Part shown: piece after piece, positions 62,422 to 64,000 of the stretch
Layout of the letters: the number at the start of each line of letters is the position of its first letter
How positions within the stretch are numbered: the stretch's first letter is position 1
Source of the DNA: Candidatus Poribacteria bacterium
Lineage (GTDB): Bacteria > Poribacteria > WGA-4E > WGA-3G
NCBI GenBank assembly: GCA_965215265.1
Contig: OZ244048.1
Span: 4,000,001 to 4,064,000, forward strand
Reading direction: 5' to 3'
Length of the DNA: 64,000 nt
The notes under the pieces: generated by a model
What the model was told of the DNA's origin: nothing
Database searches by the model: none
What the model saw: the letters and a program-made list of their open reading frames with translations, nothing else
Position numbers and translations under genes: made by a program

Positions 62422-63348
62422 TTAATCGGCGGAAAACGGTTTCCCTAATGCAAGGGGGGCCTCTGCTCGTCCGACGCATCCAGCTAAGACGGCTAAGCAC
62501 AAGACATAAGGGAGCATCAACAACAATTGGTACGGGATGTTCCAGCCCAATGCCTGAATACGGACATCCAGAGCACTGCCAAGTCCAAAAAGCAACGCTG
62601 CACCACACGCTTTGACAGGGTGCCACTTTCCAAAAATGACGATTGCCAATGCGATAAACCCGCGTCCGACCGTCATGCCGGGGGTAAAATATGGAACATC
62701 TGCCAACGAAAGATAGCCGCCTGCCATACCTGCTATCGTGCCTGCAAATAGGAGGCACCACGTTCGTAATCGAACGACGTTTCCCCCCACCGCTGAAACT
62801 GCCTTTGGATGCTCACCGCATGCCCGAATCAGGAGCCCTGCACGCGTATGGTAGAGAAACAGATACACGCACGGCACTAGTAAGAACGTTATAAATACCA
62901 GAACGTTGTGTGTAAAGAGTGCCTCCCCGACAAAAGGGATTCGCCAGAGCAGTGGAATCTTGACGGTTTTGAACGCAGCAACCCGAAGTGCACTCCCCGT
63001 TACGCCAAAAAGCCTTTGATAGATGACTTCTGTCAATCCTAATGCTAACAGCGTCATCGCTGTTCCCACGATGACTTGATCTCCGCGGAGCCTGAGCGCA
63101 ACGAGTGCAAAAACTGCTGCTGTAACAAAGCCGCTTGAGCCTGCGACGAGAAGCCCTATCCACGGGGCGAGGAGGCCTAATTCTGCACTGTAGAACGAAC
63201 CGACCATGCCGAAAAACGCCCCGATGAGCATCATGCCTTCAATACCGATGTTAATCACGCCTGCTCGCTGCGAGATGACTTCGCCTAACGCTGCGAGTAG
63301 GAGGGGTGTTGCGCCTCGAATTGTTGCGGAAATAATATCTTCAAACAT
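62422..63348 (-). CDS. ABC transporter permease (nucleoside/CUT2 NupC-like)
   Basis: PLLLAALGE..SQRAGVINIGIEG, RACGEHP, GRGFIALA..IFGKW, MLPY. Confidence 0.9.
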   Translation of the reverse strand: MFEDIISATIRGATPLLLAALGEVISQRAGVINIGIEGMMLIGAFFGMVGSFYSAELGLLAPWIGLLVAGSSGFVTAAVFALVALRLRGDQVIVGTAMTLLALGLTEVIYQRLFGVTGSALRVAAFKTVKIPLLWRIPFVGEALFTHNVLVFITFLLVPCVYLFLYHTRAGLLIRACGEHPKAVSAVGGNVVRLRTWCLLFAGTIAGMAGGYLSLADVPYFTPGMTVGRGFIALAIVIFGKWHPVKACGAALLFGLGSALDVRIQALGWNIPYQLLLMLPYVLCLAVLAGCVGRAEAPLALGKPFSAD

Positions 63349-63717
63349 TTTTATATATCTCCGTACCATCAAAGGTTATGTTGTGTCAACTCCGATGTAA
63401 ATCTCGTCGGAGGTTAACTAGGTATAGTCTTTAAAATCTAAACATAAACGGCTCAGGCGAGATTTGTGCTAAGGTGTTCATTACATCTGTTGTGTTGTGC
63501 GCCTGTATACGAAAATGGCTCAGGCGAGATTTGTGCTAAGGTGTTCATTACATCTGTTGTGTTGTGCGCCTGTATACGAAAATGGCTCAGGCGAGATTTG
63601 TGCTAAGGTGTTCATTACATCTGTTGTGTTGTGCGCCTGTATACGAAAACGGCTCAGGCGAGATTTTCACAGTCATTGACAATACATCAGGCGTTATCGG
63701 GCTTAAATATACAAAAA
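63348..63717. repeat. Family-1 element expanded by three 67-bp tandem units (63450-63650)
   Basis: Units begin at 63450, 63517 and 63584, with a fourth inner motif at 63651. 370 bp minus 201 bp leaves 169 bp. Confidence 0.9.
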
Positions 63718-64000
63718 TTTGACCAAAAATCCATTTTGATGGAACTATAGCCGATGACGTATAGAAGGAGTGTTGCCTGCATGACGAACGTGACTTTGTC
63801 AGAGATGCCGACGCTCCTCTGCATCGCATAGGAACCGGTGGTCAGTGTTCCAAACAAGAGTGCTGAGCCAATTGTGACAAGTGGATGCAATTTGGCGAGG
63901 AGAGCAACTGCAATAGCGGTGTACCCGTAGCCGGGCGAGAAATTCAGAAACAGGCGGCGTGTTAGTGCCATTAATTCAATCGCGCCTCCGAGTCCAGCCA
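63687..64000 (-). CDS. ABC transporter permease (NupB-like), 3' part
   Basis: AGLGGAIE...GYGYTAIAVALLAKLHP...ALLFG; runs off the window end. Confidence 0.85.
   Translation of the reverse strand, partial: AGLGGAIELMALTRRLFLNFSPGYGYTAIAVALLAKLHPLVTIGSALLFGTLTTGSYAMQRSVGISDKVTFVMQATLLLYVIGYSSIKMDFWSNFCIFKPDNA

Noticed and set aside
63450-63666. CRISPR-like repeat-spacer array
   Set aside because: The intervening 51-nt segments are essentially identical, so this is a tandem repeat.

Overview
Bacterial chromosomal window of roughly 50% GC. The gene content (ASPIC/UnbV-CRTAC1 plus TPR pair, internalin-like LRR protein, a GKLxxxWAxLK C-terminal motif, heparinase-, MlrC- and GH2-like catabolic genes) suggests Candidatus Poribacteria or a relative; this is an inference. 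1-10 kb holds sugar and polyol catabolic enzymes. 10-32 kb is accessory: a duplicated HExxH-peptidase/TPR module with patchy hypervariability, copA, a type III R-M locus with a frameshifted mod tail and an intervening ORF, GH2, hisC, two tandem PD-(D/E)XK Rpn-like genes each with a perfect internal Shine-Dalgarno before a variable repeat tail, and an LRR surface protein. 32-46 kb carries an archaeal-type phosphopantothenate synthetase, queE, a degenerate heparinase-like gene, mlrC, a Mesh1-like HD protein, a selenocysteine-containing selD and pyrE. 46-64 kb is the core cluster ymdB-xseA-xseB-dxs-tlyA-tamB-omp85 facing nucleoside ABC permeases. The most striking signal is a set of dispersed palindromic repeat families, including a length-conserved ~170-bp element. 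They occupy several gene junctions of that cluster, supply stop codons and ribosome-binding sites, and are inserted in frame inside tlyA, tamB, the omp85 gene and probably dxs; one ~75-nt element is translated in two different frames within tamB. No rRNA, tRNA, CRISPR array or transposase was found.
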